From: Patescibacteria group bacterium
GTDB lineage: Bacteria; Patescibacteriota; Patescibacteriia; Buchananbacterales; UBA6539
DNA: 64,000 nucleotides
NCBI GenBank assembly: GCA_034003985.1
Contig: JAVEXP010000003.1
Coordinates: 122,643-186,642, forward strand
Direction of reading: 5' to 3'
Shown here: piece by piece, positions 1 through 11,987 of the stretch
Layout of the letters: the number at the start of each line of letters is the position of its first letter
Position numbering within the stretch: position 1 is the first letter of the stretch
The notes under the pieces: generated by a model
Told to the model about the DNA's origin: nothing
Seen by the model: the letters and a program-made list of their open reading frames with translations, nothing else
The model's database searches: none
Translations under genes and position numbers: made by a program

Positions 1-558
1 GCCGACTTTAAAATGATCAAAATTCTTATCAGCACGGTAAGAAATAGCCCGATTGGTAAATAGCGAGGCCATACATCGGCGACAGGCGTCAAGAACATTT
101 TGGGAACCGCGGATATTTAAAAAAGTTTCCTGCTGACCGGCAAACGAAGCGTCGGGCAAATCTTCAGCCGTAGCCGAAGACCGAACCGCAACATCAATAT
201 TGATGCCATACTGATTTTCCAATTTATAATAGGCAGCAATAATCTGTTTTTCCAAGTCCTTGGGAAATTCCAGACTCAAAATCAGCTGGCGAACTTTATG
301 GCCGCGCTCCATCAAATTTTTAAGATCATGGGTATTCAAATCACTGAGAATTTTCTTAATTTGCCGCCGCGCTCCAGTCTTATTGAGTAAATGAAAATAG
401 CCTTGAGCGGTAACGGCAAAACCGTTGGGAATATTAACCCCCTGGGGTACTAACTTCTGATACATTTCCCCCAAGGAAGCGTTTTTACCGCCGACTCTAG
501 GAACATCTTTGATTGTCAACTGATTAAACCAGATGACAAAATTCTTTTTGATAATCAT
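1..558 (-). CDS. PEP-utilizing enzyme, N-terminal fragment (phosphoenolpyruvate synthase / pyruvate phosphate dikinase-like). The gene runs off the window edge
   Basis: Reverse-complement translation from the ATG at 558 gives MIIKKNFVIWFNQLTIKDVPRVGGKNASLGEM..., the classic PpsA/PPDK N-terminus. Continues open to position 1. Confidence 0.75.
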   Translation of the reverse strand, partial: MIIKKNFVIWFNQLTIKDVPRVGGKNASLGEMYQKLVPQGVNIPNGFAVTAQGYFHLLNKTGARRQIKKILSDLNTHDLKNLMERGHKVRQLILSLEFPKDLEKQIIAAYYKLENQYGINIDVAVRSSATAEDLPDASFAGQQETFLNIRGSQNVLDACRRCMASLFTNRAISYRADKNFDHFKVG

Positions 559-568
559 ATTTTTGATA

Positions 569-2056
569 TCAGGCAACCTCAACTTTAATTAAGTTGGTCT
601 GACCCAAATAACCAAAGGGATGACCGGCCGCCAAGACCAAAACATCGCCTTTATCAATTAATTTTTTATTAAGACACAAAGATTTGATTTTGCCCACCAA
701 TTGGGTAAAAGACGAATTGAAAGGCAAATAGTAGGCATCAACCCCCCAACTGAGACAAAGTTGATTTCTGGTTTTCTCGCTGGCGGCCAGCGCCACGACG
801 CTGATCTGGGGACGATATTTAACAATCGAGCGGGCGGTAAATCCTGAGGTAGTGGCACAAACGATCAACTTGGCATTCAAGTCTTTGGCAATGCTCTGGA
901 CCGCAAAACTGACGGTTTCGGTAATACCACCAAGTTTCTTGAGATCCTGCTGGATTTTGTAGTGCTCGGCGATTTCGGTTTTTTCCACCTCGTGGGCGAT
1001 TTTGGACATCACCCGGACGGCCTTTAACGGATATTTGCCGGTAGCGGTTTCACCCGAAAGCATAATGGCATCCGTCCCGTCCAAAATCGCGTTGGCCACA
1101 TCGGAAACTTCCGCCCTGGTTGGCACGGGGTAGCGAATCATTGAGTCAAGCATCTGGGTGGCAACAATCACTGGCTTGGATTCTTCAACACAGCGCCGGA
1201 CAATCTTTTTTTGGATCAAAGGTAAATCTTCCAACGGAATTTCCAAACCCAAATCGCCGCGGGCAACCATAATGCCGTCGGCGGCTTGCAAAATCTCTTC
1301 AAAATTGGTAACGGCTTCGGGTCGTTCAATCTTGGCGATAATTTTGGTATGGGTCCCGGGCCAATTACCGCTGCGCTTGGGTTTCTTGAAATCTTTAAAC
1401 TTGCTACCCAGCCTAGTTTCGACTTGATGAATATAACGACGCAATTTAATAAGGTCTTGAGCGTCTTTAACAAAAGACAAAGCGACAAAATCAATATTTT
1501 GCTTCAAACCAAACCGCAAATCCTCTTGATCTTTGGCGGTAACGGGCGGCGTAGTAATGTGCGATTTGGGAAAATTCATTCCCTTATGCGACTTAATAAC
1601 ATCACCAATTTTGACTTTGCACTTAATCGCCTGCTTTTTAATTTCCAAAACCTTAAGTTCAATCTTGGCATCATCAATTAAAATCGGATCATTCGGTTTG
1701 ACATCACGATACAAATTGGGGTACTGAATCGGGATAAAAGTGGAAACATCTTTCAAAGAAATTTTGAAATGTTCCGGGACCAAAAAAATTTCTTGACCCT
1801 CTTCCAGCTTAATGCCTTCGGCTGCGACATTGCCGATCCTGATGCGCGGACCTTGAAGATCCTGCAAAATGGCCACGGGCTGATTAAGCTTTTTAGCCAC
1901 TGCCCGAATATTGGCAATCAACATCGCGTGATGTTTATAAGTACCGTGAGAAAAATTAAGCCGAGCGACATTAAGGCCGGACTTGATCATTTGCTCAATT
2001 TTGCTTTTACTTTCCGAGGCCGGGCCAATGGTACAGACGATTTTTGTTCGCTTCAT
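569..2056 (-). CDS. pyk: pyruvate kinase
   Basis: 495-aa ORF, MKRTKIVCTIGPAS...NFSHG..., typical PK N-terminal barrel motifs. Confidence 0.9.
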   Translation of the reverse strand: MKRTKIVCTIGPASESKSKIEQMIKSGLNVARLNFSHGTYKHHAMLIANIRAVAKKLNQPVAILQDLQGPRIRIGNVAAEGIKLEEGQEIFLVPEHFKISLKDVSTFIPIQYPNLYRDVKPNDPILIDDAKIELKVLEIKKQAIKCKVKIGDVIKSHKGMNFPKSHITTPPVTAKDQEDLRFGLKQNIDFVALSFVKDAQDLIKLRRYIHQVETRLGSKFKDFKKPKRSGNWPGTHTKIIAKIERPEAVTNFEEILQAADGIMVARGDLGLEIPLEDLPLIQKKIVRRCVEESKPVIVATQMLDSMIRYPVPTRAEVSDVANAILDGTDAIMLSGETATGKYPLKAVRVMSKIAHEVEKTEIAEHYKIQQDLKKLGGITETVSFAVQSIAKDLNAKLIVCATTSGFTARSIVKYRPQISVVALAASEKTRNQLCLSWGVDAYYLPFNSSFTQLVGKIKSLCLNKKLIDKGDVLVLAAGHPFGYLGQTNLIKVEVA

Positions 2057-2116
2057 AATAAATTAAACAATATAGACTATTTTTAGATAGCTAAAAAGTA
2101 ATGCTGTAAGGCCAAC

Positions 2117-2443
2117 TTACAGTTTGAAAGTTTTGATCAGCCAATCGCCGAAAGCCGGGGCAAAACTGCCGATCAGCGGCAATTCCCACTTTTCACCTTG
2201 TAGCGATTTAACCATACCAACAATCGCTAAAATACCCAATAATAAATTGATCAACCAGCCAACCATTGGAATGAAAATACAGGGCAGAGAAATTACAAAC
2301 ATTAAAGCGCCCTGGCTGGCATGAAATTTTACAAAGTCATCTTTTTTGCGCGAAGCCAAAGCGACCAGACTAAGAACCCAAAAATAACTTATTAGGCCCC
2401 AGACTTTCGCTTCGGAATCAGGTTGTTTAACATCGGTTGTCAT
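2117..2443 (-). CDS. small integral membrane protein, function unknown
   Basis: 108-aa ORF with two hydrophobic helices. Confidence 0.45.
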   Translation of the reverse strand: MTTDVKQPDSEAKVWGLISYFWVLSLVALASRKKDDFVKFHASQGALMFVISLPCIFIPMVGWLINLLLGILAIVGMVKSLQGEKWELPLIGSFAPAFGDWLIKTFKL

Positions 2444-2496
2444 ATTGTTTAATTTAGTTAATTAATGATATTATTATATCATAAAACACTAGGCAT

Positions 2497-2530
2497 AAAA
2501 AGCACCGGATTGAACCGGTGCTTTTTATTT
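2497..2530 (-). terminator. intrinsic terminator downstream of groEL; usable on both strands
   Basis: GCACCGG-attgaa-CCGGTGC hairpin flanked by A-run on one side and T-run on the other. Confidence 0.7.
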
Positions 2531-2547
2531 TGAATTATAGTAATAAC

Positions 2548-4209
<1,662 letters not shown>

Positions 4210-4230
4210 TTAATTATTAATCTTAAATCA

Positions 4231-4506
4231 TTATTCTACTACTGCTAACACATCCTCATCGCTAAGAATCTTATATTCTTTCTCGTCGACCTTAACTTCC
4301 TCGCCGGAATACTTGCCAAAAATCACTCGGTCGCCAACCTTCAGACCAAGCTTTTGAATTTTTTCGCCATCGCCCAAAGCGATAATCTTACCTTCGGCCT
4401 TTTTTTCCTTATCAACGGTTTCGGGCAAAATAATGCCCGATTTGGTAGTTTCTTCTTCGGCTAAAGCCTCAACCACTACCCGATTGCCCAATGGTCTTAG
4501 TTTCAT
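4231..4506 (-). CDS. groS: co-chaperonin GroES
   Basis: 91 aa, MKLRPLGNRVVV..., immediately upstream of groEL. Confidence 0.95.
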   Translation of the reverse strand: MKLRPLGNRVVVEALAEEETTKSGIILPETVDKEKKAEGKIIALGDGEKIQKLGLKVGDRVIFGKYSGEEVKVDEKEYKILSDEDVLAVVE

Positions 4507-4600
4507 AGTTTTTTAAAAGTTAATAATTATCAGGGTCAAATTAGCACTCTATTTATTAGAGTGCTAATATAGTATAGATTAAATTATTTTAAAATCAGTG

Positions 4601-5953
4601 TCAAGACTCATTTAACCCGGTCGAATACAACTTAAGATTGAACGCCAAAATAAGCCAAAAAACCACTAGCCCAAAATATAATGACCAAAAGTAATGATCA
4701 AATAAACTGATGATCAGAATGATTAAAAAATTCAAGCCAATAATAACCTTTTCCAAGTTCAAAGCCGATCTTTGCTGGCGGACAACCAGCCAGCACCACC
4801 CGGCAATAATCGCCGCAAAAATCATCCCGCCGATTAATCCTAATTCTGAAACAACTAGCAAATAAATATTATGAACCGGCTGATAATAATAACCGGGCCA
4901 AGTGGCATTGAGTTGCTGAAATACTCCCAAAGTGTAATTGCCTATTCCGGTGCCAGTCAACCAATCATTGGCAATCAATTCCCTGGCTTGCTGGGTAAAA
5001 GCTAAACGAAGTTCAATTGAGTTAGCCTCAAGCTGTTGAGCACCAGTCAGACGGGTCAATAACAAATCTTTAAAAACCAGACTGAGCAAGGTTAAAATAA
5101 TTAGCATCAAAAAGATCAGCTGATAAAAAATTTTTTTGGCATTATTATCCCAACAACGGCGCAACCAAAACCCAAGCAGCACCAAAGCGACAATCAAACC
5201 GATCCAGGCGGATCTAGAAAAAGTAAAAAACAATGCCGGAACAATCAAAACTAAATTAGTCAAAATAAAAATCCGCCAGCTTTTAGTCTGAACGGTGAAT
5301 GCCAAATAAAACAAAAACATTAAGGCAATAACCAGCCAGCCAGCCAAAATATTGGGGTGAGGCAGACTGCCATAAGCCCGCAACCATCTTTCCGAGGTAG
5401 TCTGTAAAATAATTGAACCCGGTTGATTAGGAAATTGGGTAGCCATCCCCAGCCACTTGTTCGCCCAAACCAACTGCTGGCCAAATTGCCAAACGGCCAT
5501 CACCGATTGGATTGAAGCCGCACTCAACCAAACCGCGGCCAGCCGCTTGGTTGAAAAATTTAAATTCAAAACCACCGCGATAACCGCAACGGCTTCAAGC
5601 AACACAATCCAACGATAATACGCCAACTGAGAAGAAAGCGACCAAACCACTCCCAAACCGGCCCACACCGCCAATAACACCACCAGCCAGTAGATGACAA
5701 CCTGGGGCGACTTCAACTGCGATCCCAGCTGCGACAATGACAATGGAGATAATTTTTTATTGCCCACCAACCAAAGCAAATAACAAAAAATGACAAGCCA
5801 AAATAAAATCTCGGTGCCATATAAACTAAAACGGCCGTATTCCCAAACATAACCGTTAAGATAGCTGTCGCGCCAGATTAATCTAGTCTGCCACGGCAGC
5901 AAAAAAACAAATAAATAAAACCCGTATTCAATTATTAGTTTTAGGCGCGCCAT
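4601..5953 (-). CDS. polytopic membrane protein, O-antigen ligase/polymerase (WaaL/Wzy)-like
   Basis: 450 aa, about 10-12 predicted TM helices, Trp/Tyr-rich loops. Family assignment by overall resemblance only. Confidence 0.45.
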   Translation of the reverse strand: MARLKLIIEYGFYLFVFLLPWQTRLIWRDSYLNGYVWEYGRFSLYGTEILFWLVIFCYLLWLVGNKKLSPLSLSQLGSQLKSPQVVIYWLVVLLAVWAGLGVVWSLSSQLAYYRWIVLLEAVAVIAVVLNLNFSTKRLAAVWLSAASIQSVMAVWQFGQQLVWANKWLGMATQFPNQPGSIILQTTSERWLRAYGSLPHPNILAGWLVIALMFLFYLAFTVQTKSWRIFILTNLVLIVPALFFTFSRSAWIGLIVALVLLGFWLRRCWDNNAKKIFYQLIFLMLIILTLLSLVFKDLLLTRLTGAQQLEANSIELRLAFTQQARELIANDWLTGTGIGNYTLGVFQQLNATWPGYYYQPVHNIYLLVVSELGLIGGMIFAAIIAGWCWLVVRQQRSALNLEKVIIGLNFLIILIISLFDHYFWSLYFGLVVFWLILAFNLKLYSTGLNES

Positions 5954-6599
5954 TAATTCGCTGAATAAATTTAGGACGATGGATGTAAAAATAAATTATA
6001 ATAGTCGCCAAAATCGAACCAATAGTATTAAACCAAAGATCCAAGGCATTATTAAAGTACCCGCCGACTCGTTCGGCCGCGCCAAACACTACCACGGCGA
6101 CGGATTCAACCAGCTCAACGATAGACCCTAGACCGATAGCCATTAATACCAACATAATGGCAAAGGCCGCATAACGACGACGGAGGCGAAGATGAACATA
6201 ACCGCTAACCAAACTATACAAAGCAATCGTAGTGATAAAAGTTCCCAATGAATGGATAAAATTATCATAACGAAAAATTCCAGGAATAATATACCAATCA
6301 TACAGCCGGATGGTGCCAAAATACAGGTTGCCACCAAGCAAATGTAAAAAACCCAGCACCGATAAACTGAAAGTAATAAAAAATCCCAAATGAATGCTTT
6401 TATTAAGAATCAAGACAAAATAAATCAGGGCAATCATTAAAATAGTATAATACAAAAATTCAAAATTTCCCCAAACAAAAGCGTTGATGGTAAAAGCGGC
6501 AAGATAAGCGATAGTAAAGACCAAAATAAGTTCGTTTTTTTTATCAAGCAAATAATTCATAATCATAAAATTTCCAAACTTTGAAGCCGCCTTAGCCAC
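5928..6599 (-). CDS. integral membrane protein, unknown function
   Basis: 223 aa, multiple TM helices. Overlaps the downstream gene by about 26 nt. Confidence 0.4.
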   Translation of the reverse strand: MAKAASKFGNFMIMNYLLDKKNELILVFTIAYLAAFTINAFVWGNFEFLYYTILMIALIYFVLILNKSIHLGFFITFSLSVLGFLHLLGGNLYFGTIRLYDWYIIPGIFRYDNFIHSLGTFITTIALYSLVSGYVHLRLRRRYAAFAIMLVLMAIGLGSIVELVESVAVVVFGAAERVGGYFNNALDLWFNTIGSILATIIIYFYIHRPKFIQRINGAPKTNN

Positions 6600-7525
6600 A
6601 GTTCATAATATTGAGCGCGTTTGTCGCCTTCATGAAATTTCAGCATCACATCACTAACAATTACTCTGGTGTCTGGCTGACTGGCGACGCTAGTTTTATT
6701 TAACTGCATTTTTTTTAGCTGAACAAATTTCAGAATCGCCGAGCACCAATCGCCCAAAAAACCACCAAGTAAGCCTTCCCAAGTTCGGCGAACAAATAAA
6801 GTCAAACGACTGTCCGTCACCTGACGACGGCCGGCCAAATTGACTCCCGAAATATTGGGCAGCCATGGCACCAGCCAAGCGTTATCTTTAATAAATCGCC
6901 GGTAAGTGTCAAGACCATAAATGGGTGCCAGGGTAGCCGACCAATAAACCAGATATGGATCAAAAGGTTTGAGGGCAACAGCCGATAAATTCAAATGATC
7001 ATCGGTTAAATAAAAACTCAGACAAACCCGGTCGGTTATTTTGCGGCCGTGACGACGAAACCGCAATAAACTGGCCAAGGTGGTGACTAAAAATCTAGTC
7101 AACCAAATCCGCCCTGATTTTATAACGATAAAAAAATCGATATCACTTTGATCATTGGCATTGTCGTAGGCGGCATTATTGCAAACCGCAACCATCCTAA
7201 TAAAAGGTATTGGTCGCAACCAAGCCGCCAGTTTTAAGGCGATGCTGAATTTGCCTTCGGCAATCCGGTAACGATTCAAACGGGTCCGAACGATATTACT
7301 CCGGCCGGGGAAAAAATAAAAACCGGATTGATGATCAATGATGCCGGCCAAATTAGCCGACTCAAAAGATTCGGCAAGATCGGAGAATTTAACATTCGCC
7401 GGGGCTTGATACAACCACTTATAAAGCTCCAACAGAGTCAGCGGATAATCAAAAATATCAAAAAAAGCCAGGGTCTTCAAAATCGCGGTTTCTAATTCGC
7501 TATATTTTTTAATTTCATTATTCAT
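6563..7525 (-). CDS. nucleotidyltransferase-fold (Pol-beta-like) protein, unknown function
   Basis: SDIDFFIV motif. Start chosen at the internal ATG at 7525 (MNNEIKKY...), 2 nt after the rmuC stop. The longer 373-aa ORF would overlap rmuC by 166 nt. Confidence 0.45.
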   Translation of the reverse strand: MNNEIKKYSELETAILKTLAFFDIFDYPLTLLELYKWLYQAPANVKFSDLAESFESANLAGIIDHQSGFYFFPGRSNIVRTRLNRYRIAEGKFSIALKLAAWLRPIPFIRMVAVCNNAAYDNANDQSDIDFFIVIKSGRIWLTRFLVTTLASLLRFRRHGRKITDRVCLSFYLTDDHLNLSAVALKPFDPYLVYWSATLAPIYGLDTYRRFIKDNAWLVPWLPNISGVNLAGRRQVTDSRLTLFVRRTWEGLLGGFLGDWCSAILKFVQLKKMQLNKTSVASQPDTRVIVSDVMLKFHEGDKRAQYYELWLRRLQSLEIL

Positions 7526-8558
7526 CCTGTCGCGGCTTATCAATTTGGATAAATTCTGCGTCGCTTTCGCCGCCGACCAATTTAACAACATCTTTATCAA
7601 TTTTTTTGAATTCATCGGAAGAGGCATTGTACATATTAACGGTGGTAGACAAATTTTTGCCAAGCCGGCTGTGGTAATCACCATAAGTGCTTAAATGCTT
7701 TTTTAGCCGGTCAACATTTTTTAAAATTTCTTGAGTCTGTTCTTGGATTTGCATGCCCTTCAGTCCTTGCAATACCGTTTGTAAATAAGCCAATAAATTG
7801 GTCGGGGAAACAATAATAACTTTGTATTTACCGGCCGCCCGTTGAATAATAGTTTCGGTATCACCGGTCACCGCGCCGATCTTATTAATCAGCAAATCAT
7901 AATAAATGGCTTCATGAGGAATAAACATAAAAGCAAATTCCATCGTGCCTTCATTTGGTCTGATATATTTACCCGTCTCCTGAATCCTAAGCTTCAAATC
8001 ATTAATGAATTGCTTTTCCAATTTATCTTTTTCGATCTGGTCTTTTTCTTCGGTTAAACGATTATAATTTTCCAGGCTAAATTTGGAATCAATCGGAACA
8101 ATCTTATCTTTGACAAAAATTGCCGCGTCCACGATTTCCCCATCCTTGAATTTATATTGCATTTTATAGCTATCGGGCGGTAAAACATTTTTCAACAAAG
8201 TTTCAAGATAATACTCACCCAGCACCCCTCGCTGTTTGGGGTTTTTTAGAATGTCTTGCAGTTTTTGAAGTTGATCGGCAAAATTGACCATCTGCCGACC
8301 GGTTTCTTTGACTTCGGTTACTTCTTTAATAACATCTTTAATGACTTGATGAGTTTGACCAAACTGTTGTTGGAACATCTGATTAGATTGACCAAGCTTA
8401 TTATCCAAAGTTTTAGTAATTTCATTAATCTGATTCTGGAGCATTACCATCGACTGATCATTTTGATTATTGCCAGATCGACGATTCAGTAAAAAAATAA
8501 TAACGCCAAAACTAATGACCATTAAAACCATCAAAATCAACAATAATAAATCTGTCAT
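7518..8558 (-). CDS. rmuC: DNA recombination protein RmuC
   Basis: N-terminal TM helix, long coiled-coil, RGVLGEYYLETLL motif typical of RmuC. Confidence 0.75.
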   Translation of the reverse strand: MTDLLLLILMVLMVISFGVIIFLLNRRSGNNQNDQSMVMLQNQINEITKTLDNKLGQSNQMFQQQFGQTHQVIKDVIKEVTEVKETGRQMVNFADQLQKLQDILKNPKQRGVLGEYYLETLLKNVLPPDSYKMQYKFKDGEIVDAAIFVKDKIVPIDSKFSLENYNRLTEEKDQIEKDKLEKQFINDLKLRIQETGKYIRPNEGTMEFAFMFIPHEAIYYDLLINKIGAVTGDTETIIQRAAGKYKVIIVSPTNLLAYLQTVLQGLKGMQIQEQTQEILKNVDRLKKHLSTYGDYHSRLGKNLSTTVNMYNASSDEFKKIDKDVVKLVGGESDAEFIQIDKPRQDE

Positions 8559-8617
8559 AATTAGGGTAATGATTAATAATTACGATTTAAATTTAGCATA
8601 ATTAAGGCATTAAATCA

Positions 8618-8660
8618 ATTGACAATCATGGCTTAAATATGCTATTGATATAATGTTGTT
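8618..8660 (+). promoter_or_regulatory. sigma70-like promoter for the M23 peptidase gene
   Basis: TTGACA-18 nt-TATTGATATAATG (extended -10). Confidence 0.45.
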
Positions 8661-8726
8661 AAATAAAGACTGCTAATAAATTAACCAAACATTATTAGCG
8701 CTAAAATAAAAATAATTTTCATAAAA

Positions 8727-10025
8727 TTGACAGCCAAAACCCTCAGGGGTTTGGTTTATTTTTGGCAAAATTCCCCTCGGCTGACCAGGCACCTGACTAA
8801 AATTCTTAAAGTCGGCGGCAAGATACTGCTGCTGATAATAATTTTACCGCTCTACCGAATATCGTTAGGACTTAAAAAAATCTTCAATCATTTTTACGCT
8901 CCGCAAAAGAGCCGGCATCATCTGATTCATTTTTTTTCCCGAAGATACCTGACCCATTTCATCATCATCATGGTTGCCATCTTTACGGTCGGCGCAAATT
9001 TAAACGCCTATGAGGTCAGGCGTTCTGATTTCGGCAACGACAGCATCGTCGGCACAATCGTTGCCCCAGAAGATCTGGGTGGTATCGAAGAAGAAGGTCC
9101 GATTTTAAACAGTAAAAAAATCAGCCGCTATCTGGGCCAAAATGCCATTGGCAACACCCCTCAAGCCAGCGAAGGCGGTCAAGCAGAAGAGACTCTGCCA
9201 TCAACAGTGGCCGGCGGTAGCGCCGTGGTTAGTCCAATTCTTTCACCGATAGAAGAAGATTTGAGACAACGCGACAAAATCACTTACTACACCATCCAAA
9301 ACGGCGATACCATTTCGGAAATTGCCGAAAAATTCGGGATCACCACCAACACCATTTTGTGGGAAAATAATATGACGGCCTACAGTGTTATTCGGCCCGG
9401 CGATAGCCTGACCATTCTGCCGGCTTCCGGGATCAGACATAAAGTCAGCAGCGGTGAAACCGTGGCCGGCATTGCCAAAAAATACGGCGTGGAACCGGAC
9501 AAAATCATTGAATTTAATAAGCTAGCTTCGGCCGATGATATCAAAATTGGTGAGCAGCTAATGATTCCGGGCGGGAAAAAAATAAATACCGCCCCAAGCT
9601 ACAGCTTCCGCAGCATTGTTTCAGCACCAGCCACACCGGTTGCCCCCAAGGTAGTATCAACCGGCAAAATGCAATGGCCATCGGCCTGTCATACTATTAC
9701 CCAATACTTCCGTTTGGGACATTCCGGAGTTGACATCGCCTGCGGATCAGGCAAACCAATCTACGCGGCTGATGCCGGAACCGTAATAGTCGCCCAAGGC
9801 GGCTGGAATGGCGGTTATGGAAATTACATCATTATTGATCACGGCAAAGGCATTCAAACTCTTTATGGTCATTTAAGTAAAATCTATGTCGCGGCTGGAG
9901 AAGCGGTAACCAAAGGCCAAAACATCGCGGCCGAAGGTTCTACCGGAAGATCAACCGGACCCCATGTCCACTTTGAAGTTCGCGTCGCCGGCGTTCGAAA
10001 AAACGCTTTATACTACATTCAATAA
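8727..10025 (+). CDS. LysM-domain M23 family metallopeptidase
   Basis: LysM (YYTIQNGDTISEIA) plus M23 motifs (HSGVDIA...GSTGRSTGPHVHFEV). ORF begins with TTG, so the true start is uncertain. Confidence 0.85.
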   Translation: MTAKTLRGLVYFWQNSPRLTRHLTKILKVGGKILLLIIILPLYRISLGLKKIFNHFYAPQKSRHHLIHFFSRRYLTHFIIIMVAIFTVGANLNAYEVRRSDFGNDSIVGTIVAPEDLGGIEEEGPILNSKKISRYLGQNAIGNTPQASEGGQAEETLPSTVAGGSAVVSPILSPIEEDLRQRDKITYYTIQNGDTISEIAEKFGITTNTILWENNMTAYSVIRPGDSLTILPASGIRHKVSSGETVAGIAKKYGVEPDKIIEFNKLASADDIKIGEQLMIPGGKKINTAPSYSFRSIVSAPATPVAPKVVSTGKMQWPSACHTITQYFRLGHSGVDIACGSGKPIYAADAGTVIVAQGGWNGGYGNYIIIDHGKGIQTLYGHLSKIYVAAGEAVTKGQNIAAEGSTGRSTGPHVHFEVRVAGVRKNALYYIQ

Positions 10026-10035
10026 AACATTAAAA

Positions 10036-10066
10036 AATCGCCCAGTTTTAATCGGGCGATTTTTTA
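10036..10066. terminator. bidirectional intrinsic terminator between convergent genes
   Basis: AATCGCCC-loop-GGGCGATT hairpin flanked by A-run and T-run. Confidence 0.75.
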
Positions 10067-10072
10067 TAGAAA

Positions 10073-11332
10073 TTAACTAAACATTATCCAAGCGGGTTTG
10101 AAAATTAATAAAATTCCTAAAATAAAAATCACAACGCCGCCAATTAGACTAGACCAACGACTATATTTACCACTCAAACCGGCACTACGCAAAGTAATCA
10201 TTGCAACGGCAAATACAATCATATCATCCAGCATAAAGAAAACAATATAAAGCACCAAATAAGCGTAATATTCCCAAGTCGTTAAATTGGAAATCGAAAG
10301 GACTTGGGCATAAACAGCCGGCAGACCAGCCGAGCAAACCAATTCAACCATATTAACGGCCAAGGCAACGCTGATTATTCCGGCTAAAGCTAACAAAAAT
10401 ATTTTTTGTTCACTAACCCGTTTCAAGCGATCCATAATCTTTTTTTTCTGTGCTTGGTTAGTAACTTTGCATAACCCGCTCTTATTTACATACCACTCTC
10501 GAAGATGGTAGATGCCACTGCCAATAGCCACCAAGCCAATGGCAATCCGAACATAAGAAATAAAACCAATAAACAAAAAGAAATTGAGCCAAGCCGCCAG
10601 AAACAAAAAATAGATAAAACTGGAAGTAAGAATGAAAGCAGCTCCCAGAATCCACATTTTCTTACGGTCTTCCATACCCAACAGCAGACTGATCAAAAAA
10701 ATTAAGACCCACATGGCGCAAGGATTGAAACCGTCCAAGGCACCAATAGCAATGGTTAATAACGGCAAAGACCAGGCCTGAACATCAATCACGCCCAATA
10801 ATGGCAAATTTATTAAAGTTGAAGCTTCGGAATTTGGTAAATGATTATTATCATTATTGCCCAAACCGGGCGCTGGTGGCGCGGGTTCATTTTGAAGTTG
10901 GTCACCCAAAATTTTGCCAACCTCGTCTTCACAGCCCTGAACCAAACATTGTTCAATATCTTGCCTAATAGTTTTGCCGGTAGTGTTAGGAGAACCAAAA
11001 CCAATCGTAATCCGATTACCAATGATAGTAATTGGAACACCCGAGCTTTTAATGTTGAAGGCCTTGGCTACTTGCTGCAGCTTTTCAATATTTTCCTGAT
11101 TATACCAAACTTCATAAGAGACGATTTTCAATTGAGAAAATTCTTTTTTCAGCTCCGCAAAAAATTCCTCTTCATCAGCGCAATGAGGACAACCGTTGCC
11201 ATAAAAAAAATACACTGTCGGCAACTTAGCCGATGGCGCTTGGGCCAAAATAAAATCAGGGAAAATAAAAAAACCACCAACCAAAACCAAAACAATTAAC
11301 GATAATAATATTTTTTTCATTGGATTAATCAT
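10073..11332 (-). CDS. thioredoxin-fold domain (CPHC) fused to a DsbD/CcdA-like transmembrane thiol-disulfide transporter domain
   Basis: GCPHC motif N-terminal. C-terminal multi-TM region with two conserved Cys (FNPCA, CSAG). Confidence 0.55.
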   Translation of the reverse strand: MINPMKKILLSLIVLVLVGGFFIFPDFILAQAPSAKLPTVYFFYGNGCPHCADEEEFFAELKKEFSQLKIVSYEVWYNQENIEKLQQVAKAFNIKSSGVPITIIGNRITIGFGSPNTTGKTIRQDIEQCLVQGCEDEVGKILGDQLQNEPAPPAPGLGNNDNNHLPNSEASTLINLPLLGVIDVQAWSLPLLTIAIGALDGFNPCAMWVLIFLISLLLGMEDRKKMWILGAAFILTSSFIYFLFLAAWLNFFLFIGFISYVRIAIGLVAIGSGIYHLREWYVNKSGLCKVTNQAQKKKIMDRLKRVSEQKIFLLALAGIISVALAVNMVELVCSAGLPAVYAQVLSISNLTTWEYYAYLVLYIVFFMLDDMIVFAVAMITLRSAGLSGKYSRWSSLIGGVVIFILGILLIFKPAWIMFS

Positions 11333-11375
11333 TAAGTCAACAAAAAAATTTTACCAAATTAAAGCACAAAAATCA

Positions 11376-11410
11376 ACCAAAAAGCTTGCCCGGTTTCAGG
11401 CAAGCTTTTA
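11376..11410 (-). terminator. intrinsic terminator
   Basis: AAGCTTGCC-loop-GGCAAGCTT hairpin plus T-run on the minus strand. Confidence 0.7.
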
Positions 11411-11427
11411 TTGAGGTCTCAAACGGC

Positions 11428-11883
11428 TTACTGAGCCGGAGCAACTTCACCCTGGATATCAGTCGGGACTACATTAACCTGGTTTTGCTGTTGAAGGTAT
11501 TGTTCGTATTCGCTGTTAATTTCGTCGATATCAATAGCCTGGGGAATGAATAATTTACCGTCACGGGTGACATAAACTTCTTGTTGAGGCGGTTGGCCTT
11601 CAACCGTGACCCCGATAGTTATCTTATACAAACCGTGCTCAGCGGCAACCTGTTGAAGCGAAACATTGCCAATCTGCGGACCGTAAATCTTATTAATAAA
11701 ATCCACCAAGTAGCTGCCAATCTCATCCTGAGAAACTTCCACCATGCCGGAGTTGGCTTTAAATCCGCCACTATAACTAAAAATTAAAACGGCCACCAAG
11801 GCAACGGCCAGAAAAGCACTAACCGCAATCCAAATATTTTGTGGTTTGGAGCTAATCTTTTTGGAGAATTTATCTTCTTCCAT
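11428..11883 (-). CDS. hypothetical membrane-anchored protein
   Basis: 151 aa, one N-terminal TM helix. Confidence 0.4.
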   Translation of the reverse strand: MEEDKFSKKISSKPQNIWIAVSAFLAVALVAVLIFSYSGGFKANSGMVEVSQDEIGSYLVDFINKIYGPQIGNVSLQQVAAEHGLYKITIGVTVEGQPPQQEVYVTRDGKLFIPQAIDIDEINSEYEQYLQQQNQVNVVPTDIQGEVAPAQ

Positions 11884-11987
11884 AGTTAGAATCTAAATAA
11901 TTAATAAACTAAGTATACCAAATTTGGGACTGGCGGACAAGTGGCTACATTATACAAAATCAAAGGCGGTTTAGCAAAGGTGATTAG

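Noticed and set aside
1158-2086. Several 64-131-aa plus-strand ORFs inside the pyk locus, and similar ones inside groEL, pnp and valS
   Set aside because: All are antisense to long, motif-rich housekeeping genes and lack start context. They are spurious.
6563-7684. Full 373-aa extent of the nucleotidyltransferase-fold ORF
   Set aside because: The first 53 codons would overlap the rmuC 3' end by 166 nt. An internal ATG at 7525 sits 2 nt after the rmuC stop and starts a sensible N-terminus, so the shorter gene is preferred.
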